A stretch of DNA of 64,000 nt from Candidatus Pacearchaeota archaeon (GCA_017609285.1 JAFCEE010000003.1:11529-75528); one strand, 5' to 3'; positions 9,093-19,366 are shown, numbered from the stretch's first letter. The notes: generated from the sequence alone by a model not told the origin. Program-made: numbers and translations.

Positions 9093-9129
9093 GAATATGT
9101 ATTCTTTATAGAATTATGAATAGATATTC
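9093..9129. promoter_or_regulatory. Two copies of the palindrome GAATA-N2-TATTC (candidate operator pair) upstream of the DUF5320...CDF operon
   Basis: gaatatgtattc at 9093-9104 and gaatagatattc at 9118-9129, 25 bp centre to centre. They are flanked by the TATA-like elements tttatagaatta and atttataaatc. Confidence 0.35.
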
Positions 9130-9174
9130 ATTTATAAATCTTTTGGTTTTGATTTTTTAAAAAAGCAAGAAAAA

Positions 9175-9456
9175 TTAAAGAGTTTCTTGTTCCTTATCTG
9201 GTTCTCCTGCCGATTCTGATGTTCCTTCTATCTCGCTAACTAAATCTTCTTCATTTATAGAGTTGATAAGTTCTTTAAACTTTCCAAACTCAGAAGCTGG
9301 AATCCTTGTCCCTGATTTTGTAAATCCAGAATAGCCTCCATCTGCTCCTGTCACAAACTCTCTAATTGTCACTCCAACATTTCCACCAAAATCATCTACT
9401 CTAACTACAATATCAGTTTTTTCGTTTTTTGAAATTTTACCTATATCTTTTTCCAT
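9175..9456 (-). CDS. PC4/YdbC-like ssDNA-binding transcriptional coactivator homolog
   Basis: IVVRVDDFGGNVGVTIREFV...GFTKSGTRIPASEFGKFKELINSI aligns by eye with the PC4 C-terminal domain (VSVRDFKGKVLIDIREYW...[21 protein letters not shown]). The ORF track starts at 9474; the internal ATG at 9456 is more likely. Confidence 0.55.
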   Translation of the reverse strand: MEKDIGKISKNEKTDIVVRVDDFGGNVGVTIREFVTGADGGYSGFTKSGTRIPASEFGKFKELINSINEEDLVSEIEGTSESAGEPDKEQETL

Positions 9457-9500
9457 TTCAAGTATAAATAACAATCTCTTTTAAATCTTTTCTTTTTACA

Positions 9501-9581
9501 CGCCCGCGGCAGGAGTCGAACCTGCGCGCCCCGAAGGGCCCAGATCTCCAATCTGGTGCAATACCGTTATGCGACGCGGGC
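9501..9581 (-). tRNA. tRNA-Ser(GGA): tRNA-Ser (anticodon GGA), type II with long variable arm
   Basis: Reverse complement: GCCCGCG-TC-GCA..TGC-A-CCAGA-TTGGAGA-TCTGG-GCCCTTCGGGGCGC-GCAGG-TTCGACT-CCTGC-CGCGGGC. The 7-bp acceptor stem is perfect, the T-loop is TTCGACT, and the variable arm is a hairpin. Confidence 0.9.
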
Positions 9582-9614
9582 TTACAAAAAGATAAAGAAA
9601 GAGATTTTTAAACT

Positions 9615-10223
9615 TTATTTAAAATATTTGTCTAAAATTTTTCTTGCTTCTTCACTAACTTCCCCCACTGTTTTTGTCCCATCTATTACCACAATATTTT
9701 CTTCAGGAAAAATTTCTGGAAGTTTAAGATAACTCTCTCTTAATTTTTTTTGAAATTCTAAGCTAGATTCAAATTTATGCTCTTTTCTCTTATCTTTAGA
9801 CATTCTTTCTATAGCTACTTCAACAGGAACATCAAAAATTAAAACTAAATCTGGAGTAGGCATATCTTTATGCTTATCTATTAGTTCTTGTAGTGGCAAA
9901 CCTTGGGCAGATTGATAAACTGTTGTTGAATATTTGTATCTATCAGAAACAACATGTACTCCTTTATTTAATGCTGGCTCAATCAATTCAATGATATGCT
10001 CTTTTCTGTCACTAATAAACAATTCAGCTAAATTTTCAGCTTGAGTGTAAGGGTTATCATCAGTTCTCAGAATTTTTCTAATATCTCTCTCTTTATACGG
10101 TTCTCTTGTAACAAGAACATGATTATACTTGCTTTTTTTTAAAAAATATCTGATAATAGAAAGTACCTGAGTAGATTTTCCACAACCATCTATCCCCTCC
10201 AAAACTATAAATTTTCCTTTCAT
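9615..10223 (-). CDS. tmk: Thymidylate kinase
   Basis: P-loop FIVLEGIDGCGKSTQ. The DRY-like motif SDRYKYST and the overall length (202 aa) fit Tmk. Confidence 0.85.
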   Translation of the reverse strand: MKGKFIVLEGIDGCGKSTQVLSIIRYFLKKSKYNHVLVTREPYKERDIRKILRTDDNPYTQAENLAELFISDRKEHIIELIEPALNKGVHVVSDRYKYSTTVYQSAQGLPLQELIDKHKDMPTPDLVLIFDVPVEVAIERMSKDKRKEHKFESSLEFQKKLRESYLKLPEIFPEENIVVIDGTKTVGEVSEEARKILDKYFK

Positions 10224-10256
10224 TTCCTCTTTTTTGTATTTTTATTTTATAGAAAT

Positions 10257-11237
10257 TTAAGGTAAATATCCTGACCTAAATTTTTCAATTAACCACTCTA
10301 GTGTTTCTCTTCTTTTACCTTCTATTTTCCACATTTCACTTTCTTCCAATAATTTTTCTAATTCTGGAATAATTAGCATATCTCTTACTTCTTCACTCCT
10401 CATCGATTTTCTAACAAATTCTTCCTCATTATGTCTTTCAAAAAAACTTTTTATCCCCCTTTCTTCATCTCCTTTTATATCTGTGAAATCTTGACCATAA
10501 ATATGCAAAGACATAGAAAAATCAGCATAACTTCCTGCTCTAACTTCTCTTTCCATTTTCTCACTTAATTCCTCTGCCCATAATTTTTGCCAAAATGTTA
10601 CTCCAACAACATTATCTGCCCATGCCTTAAACAAATCTCTAGAACGCCAAGAGGTTGTTATATTCAAATAAAGTATTCCATCATTTCCTTCTATGCCCCT
10701 TAATTGAATTTCTCTTAGACAAGGTAAATCTGCTTTCATATGGGTGTCAATTTCTGGCAAAGATGTAGAAGCTACAGCTCTTCTTGTATAAGGAATTTTA
10801 GCTACCCTGTTCAAAGCAAGAGCTATTTGGTCTATTGTCTTGCTATCCCCTAAGGGATATTCTCTTAACCTTTGACTATAATGATAGGGCCATTCAGTAG
10901 CTTCAAATTCTTCTCCTTTTTCTATCTTCTTCCGCAATACATCTAAACTTAAGATTAAGTTATTTTTCACCCCCATCATTTCAGCTAAATATTTTCCTCT
11001 TTCTGAAAAACTTATAGCTGGAAATCTCGGTTCTTCTAAAGGATTTGTAACTTCAATTAAAACTCTCGCATCTCTACTTTCTGGGTCAATATAATTTCCT
11101 TTTGAATCTTTCCTGTCATATTCTGTCCTTATCCTTAACCCCTTTTCCCAAACAGCTTTCATTGCCCTATAAAAAGCTCTTGGAATAGAATCAGCTACCA
11201 CATGTAAGGTTGGAATTCTTTTTTCAGTTATTCCCAT
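10257..11237 (-). CDS. thyA: Thymidylate synthase, archaeal ThyA-like
   Basis: Catalytic-Cys context DLPCLREIQL (compare LPPCH) and TSWRSRDLFKAWADNV (compare QRSxDxxLGxPFN). It is adjacent to tmk. Confidence 0.7.
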   Translation of the reverse strand: MGITEKRIPTLHVVADSIPRAFYRAMKAVWEKGLRIRTEYDRKDSKGNYIDPESRDARVLIEVTNPLEEPRFPAISFSERGKYLAEMMGVKNNLILSLDVLRKKIEKGEEFEATEWPYHYSQRLREYPLGDSKTIDQIALALNRVAKIPYTRRAVASTSLPEIDTHMKADLPCLREIQLRGIEGNDGILYLNITTSWRSRDLFKAWADNVVGVTFWQKLWAEELSEKMEREVRAGSYADFSMSLHIYGQDFTDIKGDEERGIKSFFERHNEEEFVRKSMRSEEVRDMLIIPELEKLLEESEMWKIEGKRRETLEWLIEKFRSGYLP

Positions 11238-11291
11238 ATCTCTTTCAAAACTATCTTCTTTATAAATACTATTATAAAGAAAAATATATTT

Positions 11292-11600
11292 TTAACCTTT
11301 CATTTCTATTTTTATATTGACAGAACGAGGAATAGGAGTTCTCATTATAGCATGTAAAACTCTATCGTTGGCAGGCAAATCAATAACTCTTTTATGTATC
11401 CTCATCTCAAATCTATCAAAAGTAGCTGTGCCATCACCACAAGGACTTTTCCTTGTTGTAACTTTTAGTTTTTTTGTTGGCAAAGGTATTGGACCCGAGA
11501 TAACAATCCCTGCTTTGCTAGCTATGTCTTTAATTACATTACATATTTCATTCAAAGCGTTTATATCCACGCTACTCAACTTTATCCTTACTTTTGCCAT
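11292..11600 (-). CDS. rps10: 30S ribosomal protein S10 (uS10)
   Basis: MAKVRIKLSS...GPIPLPTKKLKVTTRKSPCGDGTATFDRFEMRIHKRVIDL is the canonical archaeal S10 sequence pattern. Confidence 0.95.
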   Translation of the reverse strand: MAKVRIKLSSVDINALNEICNVIKDIASKAGIVISGPIPLPTKKLKVTTRKSPCGDGTATFDRFEMRIHKRVIDLPANDRVLHAIMRTPIPRSVNIKIEMKG

Positions 11601-11656
11601 TTTACTTCTTCTGAAAAGAGAAAAATTTATTTAAAAACCTTGCTGTTCTTTAAAGT

Positions 11657-12385
11657 ATGAGAACTTTGAAGATATTGCTCTATTTTCTTTTAATAATCAA
11701 TTTTCTTTTAATTGGCTTTTTAATCTCAGAAACAGGGAAAGTTGTTTATGAAGTTGAGAGGGTTAATATAACAAGAGTAATAGACGGAGATACTTTTGAA
11801 ACTGATATTGGAAATGTCCGCCTTTTGGGAATAAATGCTCCAGAAAAACCAATGAAAGATTATGAAGAGGCAAAATCTTTTCTTTTACAGTTTGAAGGTA
11901 AAGAGGTTGAATTAGTAAAGTTAAGAGAAAATAAAGATAGATATGGTAGATTTTTGAGATATGTTTTTTATCAAGGCAAAAATATTAATGAAGAAATTTT
12001 AAAGCAAGGTTTAGCTCATCTTTATTATTATCAAGAGGATAGGTATGAAAGAAAATTAAGAAAAGCAGAAGAAAAAGCAAGGCAAGAGGAAAGAGGAATA
12101 TGGCAGGAAAGTGAGGATGAATGCGCTAGGTGTATAATTTTAGTTGAGTTAAATAGTATAGACCCTGGCGAGTATGTCTTATTTAAAAATATCTGTAGCT
12201 TTAATTGCAGTTTAGATGGATGGACAATTAAAGATTCAGCGACTCACATTAAAAAATTAAATTTTTCTTTGTCAAGAGGAGAAGAAAAGAAAATAGAGTA
12301 TAAAGGTAGGGTATGGAACGATGCTGGAGATACCCTATATTTAAGGGATGAAAAAGGTTTGCTGGTGTTGTGGTATAGATATTAA
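11657..12385 (+). CDS. Secreted/membrane-anchored staphylococcal-type thermonuclease fused to a lamin-tail domain (LTD)
   Basis: N-terminal TM. SNase motif VTRVIDGDTFETDIGNVRLLGINAPE. C-terminus EYVLFKNICSFNCSLDGWTIKDSA...WNDAGDTLYLRDEKGLLV matches the LTD pattern (EyVEl.N...l.GW.l.D...WNN.GDt..L.D..G). Confidence 0.8.
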   Translation: MRTLKILLYFLLIINFLLIGFLISETGKVVYEVERVNITRVIDGDTFETDIGNVRLLGINAPEKPMKDYEEAKSFLLQFEGKEVELVKLRENKDRYGRFLRYVFYQGKNINEEILKQGLAHLYYYQEDRYERKLRKAEEKARQEERGIWQESEDECARCIILVELNSIDPGEYVLFKNICSFNCSLDGWTIKDSATHIKKLNFSLSRGEEKKIEYKGRVWNDAGDTLYLRDEKGLLVLWYRY

Positions 12386-12456
12386 GTCCTAATACTTTGT
12401 TTTGGTCAACAAAGCCTTTCTTTATATCACTAACACTTTACCTTACGCCCTCTGAA

Positions 12457-12584
12457 CGCCCTGACCGGGAGTCGAACCCGGAGCTGGACCGTTCTGCGAT
12501 AAAACTCCTATGGTTGCGGGATAAAAACCCTCCGGAGGTTTTCATCGCGACAGGGTCCTATGTTAGCCGCTACACCACCAGGGC
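12457..12584 (-). tRNA. tRNA-Asp(GUC): tRNA-Asp (anticodon GTC) with an intron of about 56 nt in the anticodon loop
   Basis: Reverse complement: GCCCTGG-TG-GTGT-AGCGGCTA-ACAT-A-GGACC-CTGTCG[intron CGATGAAAACCTCCGGAGGGTTTTTATCCCGCAACCATAGGAGTTTTATCGCAGAA]C-GGTCC-AGCT-CCGGG-TTCGACT-CCCGG-TCAGGGC. The exact splice junction (36/37 versus 37/38) is not resolvable by eye. Confidence 0.85.
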
Positions 12585-12680
12585 ACAGATTTTTGAAAAT
12601 ATGTAGATTTTTAAATTTATTGATGATACTTTTAAAAAACCTTTTTACTTTTAGTAAACAGAAAAAAGAGAAAAGAGAAG

Positions 12681-13631
12681 ATGAGAATTAGTGTTATAAT
12701 AACTGTTATGTTAATTGCTCTTTTAGCTGGCTTGAGCTATTTTCTCTACTTTGCTATTTCAAATTTTGTGGCAGAACCAATACCCTTTATACAAAACTTT
12801 TCCCCAGAATTACAAGTAAAAAATCAGACAAGTTATAAAGGAGAACTACAATTTTATCCAAACATGAGATTTGCTAAAAAAACTCTTATATACAATATTG
12901 AGCCTTCTTGTAATGAGAAAAAGCAGACAAGGATGAGAAGAGCTTTTTTAAAACTAGAAAATGAAACAGGACTTTTGAAATTTTACAGAAACATATATAA
13001 AGAAAAAGCTGATATATTAGTGAGTTGCCAGGAATCAGAGTTAGCAGAGAAAATTCCTGGGGAGTATTATATAGCAGGGGAGGGAGGTCCGACAGCAATA
13101 ATAAATACTTCTCTTTTTTATGTAATTGAAAAAGGAAAAGTCCTTCTTTTGTATAAGGAATCTGCTTGTAATAATTACAATGTTGAGTTGCACGAACTTT
13201 TACATGTTTTTGGATTTAAGCATTCTGAAAATAAAAAAAGTGTTATGTATAATACTACTTTTTGCAATCAAGTATTGACTCAAGACATAATAGAAGAGTT
13301 GAAAAGATTGTATAGTATTGAGGAACTTCCAGATTTGTATATAGAAAATGTTTCCGCTATTAAAGAAGGAATCTACTTGAGCTTTGATGTTCAGGTTAGG
13401 AATCAAGGTTTAAGTGACGCTGAAAATGTAACTCTTGAATTATATTCTAACGGTAAGAAGATAGATGAATTTGATTTGGGAAAAATAAATTATGGTGAGG
13501 GAAAGATTTTGGAAGTAAAGGACAAGAGGTTACATTCAAGAAAAGATGATAGTATTAAGTTTGTTTTAGTTAGTGGTAAAGAGCTGGATAAAGAAAATAA
13601 TATTATTGAGCTTTTCTTAGCTTCTAGTTAA
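12681..13631 (+). CDS. Membrane-anchored metzincin-type zinc metalloprotease with a C-terminal beta-sandwich (CARDB-like) domain
   Basis: N-terminal TM. HELLHVFGFKHSENKKSVMY gives HExxHxxGxxH plus a Met-turn. The C-terminal ~90 aa (LYIENVSAIKEGIYLSFDVQVRNQGLSDAENVTLELY) resembles CARDB. Confidence 0.75.
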   Translation: MRISVIITVMLIALLAGLSYFLYFAISNFVAEPIPFIQNFSPELQVKNQTSYKGELQFYPNMRFAKKTLIYNIEPSCNEKKQTRMRRAFLKLENETGLLKFYRNIYKEKADILVSCQESELAEKIPGEYYIAGEGGPTAIINTSLFYVIEKGKVLLLYKESACNNYNVELHELLHVFGFKHSENKKSVMYNTTFCNQVLTQDIIEELKRLYSIEELPDLYIENVSAIKEGIYLSFDVQVRNQGLSDAENVTLELYSNGKKIDEFDLGKINYGEGKILEVKDKRLHSRKDDSIKFVLVSGKELDKENNIIELFLASS

Positions 13632-13671
13632 TATAGTCAAGATTTTTAAACTTTCTAGCCTTCTAAATTAT

Positions 13672-14685
13672 ATGGCAAAAAAGAGGGAAAGAGAGGGGAA
13701 AAGAAAAAGGAGTAAAGAAATTAATGAGGAAATAGCAGGAATTTTTTATGAGATTGCAGATATTTTAGAAATAAAAAAGGTGAGGTGGAAACCCCAGGCT
13801 TACAGGATGGCTGCCCAAACTCTAGAATCTTGTGGAAATGTAGGAGAAATTTATAAAAAAGAAGGAAGGCAAGGTTTAGACAAACTTCCTGGCATTGGTT
13901 CTGGATTAGCTAAAAAGATAGTTGAGTATATTGAGACAGGAAAAATTAAAGAATACGAGAGGCAAAAGAAGAGTATTCCTAAAGGTTTGTATGATATGAT
14001 GAATATCCCCGGTATTGGTCCGAAGAAAGCTGTAATGTTTTATGAAAAACTCAGAATTAAAAATATCAAGGAATTAGAAAGAGCAGCAAAAAAACATAAA
14101 ATAAGAGGTTTGCCTTTATTTAAAGAGAGAGCTGAAAAAAAAGTTTTAGAAGGTATAAACATATTTAAAAAACAAAGAGGAAGAATTCCTTTAAAAGATG
14201 CAGAAAAAATAGCAAATAATATAGTAGAGGAATTGAAAAAATTAAAAGAAGTGAAGAGGGCAGAGGTTGCTGGTTCTTTAAGAAGAAAAAAGCCGACAAT
14301 AGGAGATTTAGATATAGTCATAGAGACTAATAAACCTAAAAAAGTGGCTGATAAATTTGTAAAAATGTCTTTTGTTAAAGAGGTTTTAGGAAAAGGAAAA
14401 GAAAAAGCTATTATTATAATAAAAGAAGGCATACAAGTAGATATAAGATTTTTTACAAAAGAAAACTTTGGTTCTGGCTTACTTTATTTTACAGGTGATA
14501 AACAACATAACATCTGGTTAAGGAAAATAGCTATCAAGAAAGGTTACAAGTTAAATGAATACGGTTTATTTGACAAAAAGACAGGGAAAAAAGTAGCAGG
14601 AAGAACTGAGAAAGAAATTTACAAAAAATTAGGAGTAAAAATGATAAGGCCAGAAAAAAGAATAGGAGAGATCTTAGAGAAGTAA
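13672..14685 (+). CDS. polX: Family X DNA polymerase (Pol beta-like core, no PHP domain)
   Basis: HhH motifs LPGIGSGLAKKIVEYIETGKI and IPGIGPKKA. Nucleotidyltransferase motif AGSLRRKKPTIGDLDIVI. C-terminus YFTGDKQHNIWLRKIAIKKGYKLNEYGLF. Confidence 0.9.
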   Translation: MAKKREREGKRKRSKEINEEIAGIFYEIADILEIKKVRWKPQAYRMAAQTLESCGNVGEIYKKEGRQGLDKLPGIGSGLAKKIVEYIETGKIKEYERQKKSIPKGLYDMMNIPGIGPKKAVMFYEKLRIKNIKELERAAKKHKIRGLPLFKERAEKKVLEGINIFKKQRGRIPLKDAEKIANNIVEELKKLKEVKRAEVAGSLRRKKPTIGDLDIVIETNKPKKVADKFVKMSFVKEVLGKGKEKAIIIIKEGIQVDIRFFTKENFGSGLLYFTGDKQHNIWLRKIAIKKGYKLNEYGLFDKKTGKKVAGRTEKEIYKKLGVKMIRPEKRIGEILEK

Positions 14686-14736
14686 AAATGGCAAAGGCTC
14701 TTTACAAGTAAATTTTTTGTTCTAAAAAAAGAAAAA

Positions 14737-14878
14737 TCCCCGCGCCCAGACTCGAACTGGGGATCTTCCGGTTTCTTTCCAGCTGCTCAGATTTCATTTT
14801 TAGTCTTTTTATTTTGACCTTAAATCCATCCTAGTCAAAAGACTACAGCCGGACGCTCTACCACTGAGCTACGCGGGG
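14737..14878 (-). tRNA. tRNA-Tyr(GUA): tRNA-Tyr (anticodon GTA) with a 70-nt intron at the canonical 37/38 position
   Basis: Reverse complement: CCCCGCG-TA-GCTC-AGTGGTA-GAGC-G-TCCGG-CTGTAG[70-nt intron]A-CCGGA-AGATC-CCCAG-TTCGAGT-CTGGG-CGCGGGG. All stems are perfectly paired. Confidence 0.9.
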
Positions 14879-14910
14879 TTAAGTTAGAAATAAGAAAGCA
14901 TATTTAAAGA

Positions 14911-15111
14911 TTATGCCTCTACTTCTTCTAGCTCGCTTTTTTTCTCTATTCTGTCAAGTTTCTTAATTATATCCTTTAAGGAACAATTCTCTGTAAACTT
15001 CTCTCTATACTCATTTGACATTGTAGATGGCCAACACTTTTCAAAAACCGCAAATCTCCTGTTTAAATACAAACACATTCCTTCATGATAGTATTGGCAA
15101 TTAATAGACAT
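14911..15111 (-). CDS. Hypothetical small protein (4 Cys), first gene beside tRNA-Tyr
   Basis: ORF track only; no recognisable motif. Confidence 0.35.
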   Translation of the reverse strand: MSINCQYYHEGMCLYLNRRFAVFEKCWPSTMSNEYREKFTENCSLKDIIKKLDRIEKKSELEEVEA

Positions 15112-15294
15112 TTTGGCCCAGAAAATTTAGTAGAGATTTAGAGCCTCAACTAATAAAAAAAGTAAAAATAATTAAATAATAGTTGAGACATAATTAGTAT
15201 AGAAGTTTAAAGTATATAAATTTTTCTCTAATCTTTCTCTGGTGCATGAGCGGTTGGTAGAAAAGGTTAAAAGCATAAAAATCTTGTTATTTTT

Positions 15295-15921
15295 ATGGCT
15301 TTAATTAAGGACACACAGGGTAGAAAAGAAAATGAAACTCCTTCTGCCTATGAAAGATTATTTGGAAATAGACAATTAGGCATGCTTCTTAGTAAAGTTC
15401 ATGCTACAGCTATACGAGAGGGTAATGAATTAGAAAGAATTTTAGCAAGTAGATTAAAGAAAACTGAAGGAATATCAATAGACCAAATTAATAAAGAAAA
15501 AAGAATATTTAAGAATGTTAAAAGAGGGCATACTATAAAAATTGATTGTGTTGTGGAGAAAGATAATAAGATACATCTTATTGAAATAAAAGATGGCGAT
15601 ACTTTTGATACTAAAAAAGTAGCTGGAGAAGTAGAAAGTTTAATCATGGTGAAAGATTTTCTTAAAAAGAAAGAACCAAATAAAGAAATAATTTTACATT
15701 TCTGTTCTTTTAACGCGACCTCTCATGAACAAATAGAGAGAGGAGCTAAAGGATTATTAGGAGAGTGCAAAGCTATGACTGGGAAAGAATTATGCGAATT
15801 ATTAGATTTAAATTTTGATGAGATTGTTGAACAAAGAAAAGAACATCAAAAAGAAAATTTAGAGTATTTTGTTAATGAATTAAGAAAGATTGAAGATGTT
15901 AAAGAAAAATTAAAGAGATAA
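15295..15921 (+). CDS. PD-(D/E)XK nuclease-like protein (candidate restriction endonuclease)
   Basis: IKIDCVVEKDNKIHLIEIKDGDTFD fits the D...(D/E)xK core (D in IDCVV, then E-I-K). It lies in the same island as a CcrM-type methyltransferase. No closer family was recognised. Confidence 0.45.
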   Translation: MALIKDTQGRKENETPSAYERLFGNRQLGMLLSKVHATAIREGNELERILASRLKKTEGISIDQINKEKRIFKNVKRGHTIKIDCVVEKDNKIHLIEIKDGDTFDTKKVAGEVESLIMVKDFLKKKEPNKEIILHFCSFNATSHEQIERGAKGLLGECKAMTGKELCELLDLNFDEIVEQRKEHQKENLEYFVNELRKIEDVKEKLKR

Positions 15922-16077
15922 TTATTCTTTTGGTTTTTCTTTTTCTTTATCTCTCAAAGCAGATTTTATATTTTGAATTACTTCGTGGTAGAATTTATCC
16001 ATCTCTTCCTGATCTCTTTTAAAATCTTCAATTATTTTCCTTTTTTCAGAGTTTTTTAACATTATTAATTCATTCAT
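15922..16077 (-). CDS. Small helical protein (51 aa) translationally coupled to the protease gene
   Basis: An internal ATG at 16077 gives MNELIMLKNSEKRKIIEDFKRDQEEMDKFYHEVIQNIKSALRDKEKEKPKE. Its start overlaps the protease stop within ATGAATGA. The ORF-track version (to 16146) would overlap the protease by 77 nt. Confidence 0.45.
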   Translation of the reverse strand: MNELIMLKNSEKRKIIEDFKRDQEEMDKFYHEVIQNIKSALRDKEKEKPKE

Positions 16078-17005
16078 TTTCGTCTCCCTTTTTTTGTGGA
16101 AAAAAAATTTCAAAAAATGGTTTTCTAGATTTTCCTGAAAAAACATGTTGACAGATTATTCCCCTTCTCTTTAAATTGCCACATATAGTTAATAAATCTC
16201 TTGCTAGTTTATATATTTTTCTATCCATAGGTTTTACTTTTAAGCCTATTCCTCTGGCCATATGATAATCAATTTCAAAATCATGACTTGGTGTATCTTT
16301 TGTCAATTTGTTAGTTATATATTCCACAATTTCCCCCCTATTAGGTTCATTTTTAAACATATAATTAGCCAACAAAATTCTAGAATGATATTCTGATAAT
16401 CCCCTCATTCTAAATAATTCCCCAAGTTTTGTTGGATTTATCTCTTTAACCAGTTCCATCATCAGAGGAGTAATATAATCTGTTTTATTCCTCTCATCTA
16501 CAAATTGAAATTTTTTACATGTATCCATAACAAATTCTACATATTTTTCAATATTCATTAATGGAAAACTTGGAATCTCTTCATCCTCTCCATTTGTGAA
16601 ACCTAGTTGTAAATCAATAGGAGATAATCTTGCAGTTTTACCTAGATTAATTAAATTAGATGCTAAGCATATAAGAGTTCCACCACTATAGGAATAATTT
16701 GGTATTAAAGTTTCCATGTAATCACAATAATCCCTTATTAATTGAGCTAAAAGATAAGAACAATCAGCTTCTCCACCCAATGTTTGAAGAAGGACATCAA
16801 GTTCTTTAACTTTTTTTCCTAACTTCTCCTCCAATTTTTTTTCGAGAAAGTATAGGTCTTCTTCCTTTATTCCAGCTATTTGTTCACGACTATAAAACAT
16901 AACTAATAAAGGCCTATTTCTTATGCTTGCAATAGTTTGCCCGACTCTATATAAATTTATAATTAAGTCGTCTTCAGATATTTCTTTTTGTTCTTCCCCT
17001 ACCAT
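16070..17005 (-). CDS. ClpP/SppA-fold serine protease of the 'serine dehydrogenase proteinase' (SDH) type
   Basis: LDVLLQTLGGEADCSYLLAQLIRDY...NYSYSGGTLICLASNLINLGKTARLSPIDLQ matches the family pattern (T.GG...aa..ia..l...A.SAGTlIAL.a..i.m...a.LGPiDPQ). Confidence 0.6.
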   Translation of the reverse strand: MVGEEQKEISEDDLIINLYRVGQTIASIRNRPLLVMFYSREQIAGIKEEDLYFLEKKLEEKLGKKVKELDVLLQTLGGEADCSYLLAQLIRDYCDYMETLIPNYSYSGGTLICLASNLINLGKTARLSPIDLQLGFTNGEDEEIPSFPLMNIEKYVEFVMDTCKKFQFVDERNKTDYITPLMMELVKEINPTKLGELFRMRGLSEYHSRILLANYMFKNEPNRGEIVEYITNKLTKDTPSHDFEIDYHMARGIGLKVKPMDRKIYKLARDLLTICGNLKRRGIICQHVFSGKSRKPFFEIFFPQKKGDENE

Positions 17006-17115
17006 CTCATTAATTAATAGACATATTTTTTTAATTATTTTGTATAATTCAAAATAATTATTAAAAAATATATTTTAAATGATTATTAAAGAACCAAAAG
17101 ATTTAAATACTACCT

Positions 17116-17133
17116 ATACTTACTAATAAGTAT
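17116..17133. promoter_or_regulatory. Perfect palindrome ATACTTA-CTAA-TAAGTAT overlapping the RHH start codon (candidate auto-operator)
   Basis: Read directly: atacttactaataagtat. The ATG of the RHH ORF starts at 17132, inside the right arm. Confidence 0.4.
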
Positions 17134-17287
17134 GGATAGAAAATATGAAAGAATAAATATAACATTGCCAGCAGAATTATTAAAGAAATTTAAAAAATTT
17201 TGTGAAGATAATGGAATTAATTTAAGCAGTAGAATTGCTATTCTAATCAAAGAGGATTTAGAGAAGAAGAATCCTCTAAAGAAATAA
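17132..17287 (+). CDS. Ribbon-helix-helix (CopG/Arc-like) small DNA-binding protein, 51 aa
   Basis: Own translation: MDRKYERINITLPAELLKKFKKFCEDNGINLSSRIAILIKEDLEKKNPLKK. The pattern RINItLPxELLkkfkxxxxxxGxnxSxxIaxLI is classic RHH. It is below the ORF-track size cutoff. Confidence 0.65.
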   Translation: MDRKYERINITLPAELLKKFKKFCEDNGINLSSRIAILIKEDLEKKNPLKK

Positions 17288-17294
17288 ATAAAAA

Positions 17295-17312
17295 CGAACC
17301 CCGAAGGGTTCG
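17295..17312. other. GC-rich hairpin CGAACCC-CGAA-GGGTTCG between the RHH stop and the transposase start
   Basis: 7-bp perfect stem with a tetraloop, read directly. It stands out in AT-rich surroundings. Function unknown (RNA structure, recombination site or IS end). Confidence 0.5.
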
Positions 17313-17321
17313 GGAGCTAAA

Positions 17322-19284
<1,963 letters not shown>

Positions 19285-19366
19285 AGGATTAGTATAATTC
19301 TTGACTTTTTATATTTTATTGTGATTTACCAACCTCTAACGCACCAGAGAACTCTAATCTTAATGT

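Noticed and set aside
12397-12606. ORFs overlapping tRNA genes (12397-12606 over tRNA-Asp; 26409-26798 and 26573-26830 over tRNA-Gly/Val)
   Set aside because: The GC-rich tRNA sequence keeps these frames open by chance, and the cloverleaf structures explain the region.
14779-14848. Possible C/D-box sRNA inside the tRNA-Tyr intron (contains ATGAAATCTGA and GGATGGA)
   Set aside because: The C-like and D-like elements are imperfect. The C'-like box is only 1 nt from the CTGA, leaving no guide region, so this is not a credible C/D architecture.
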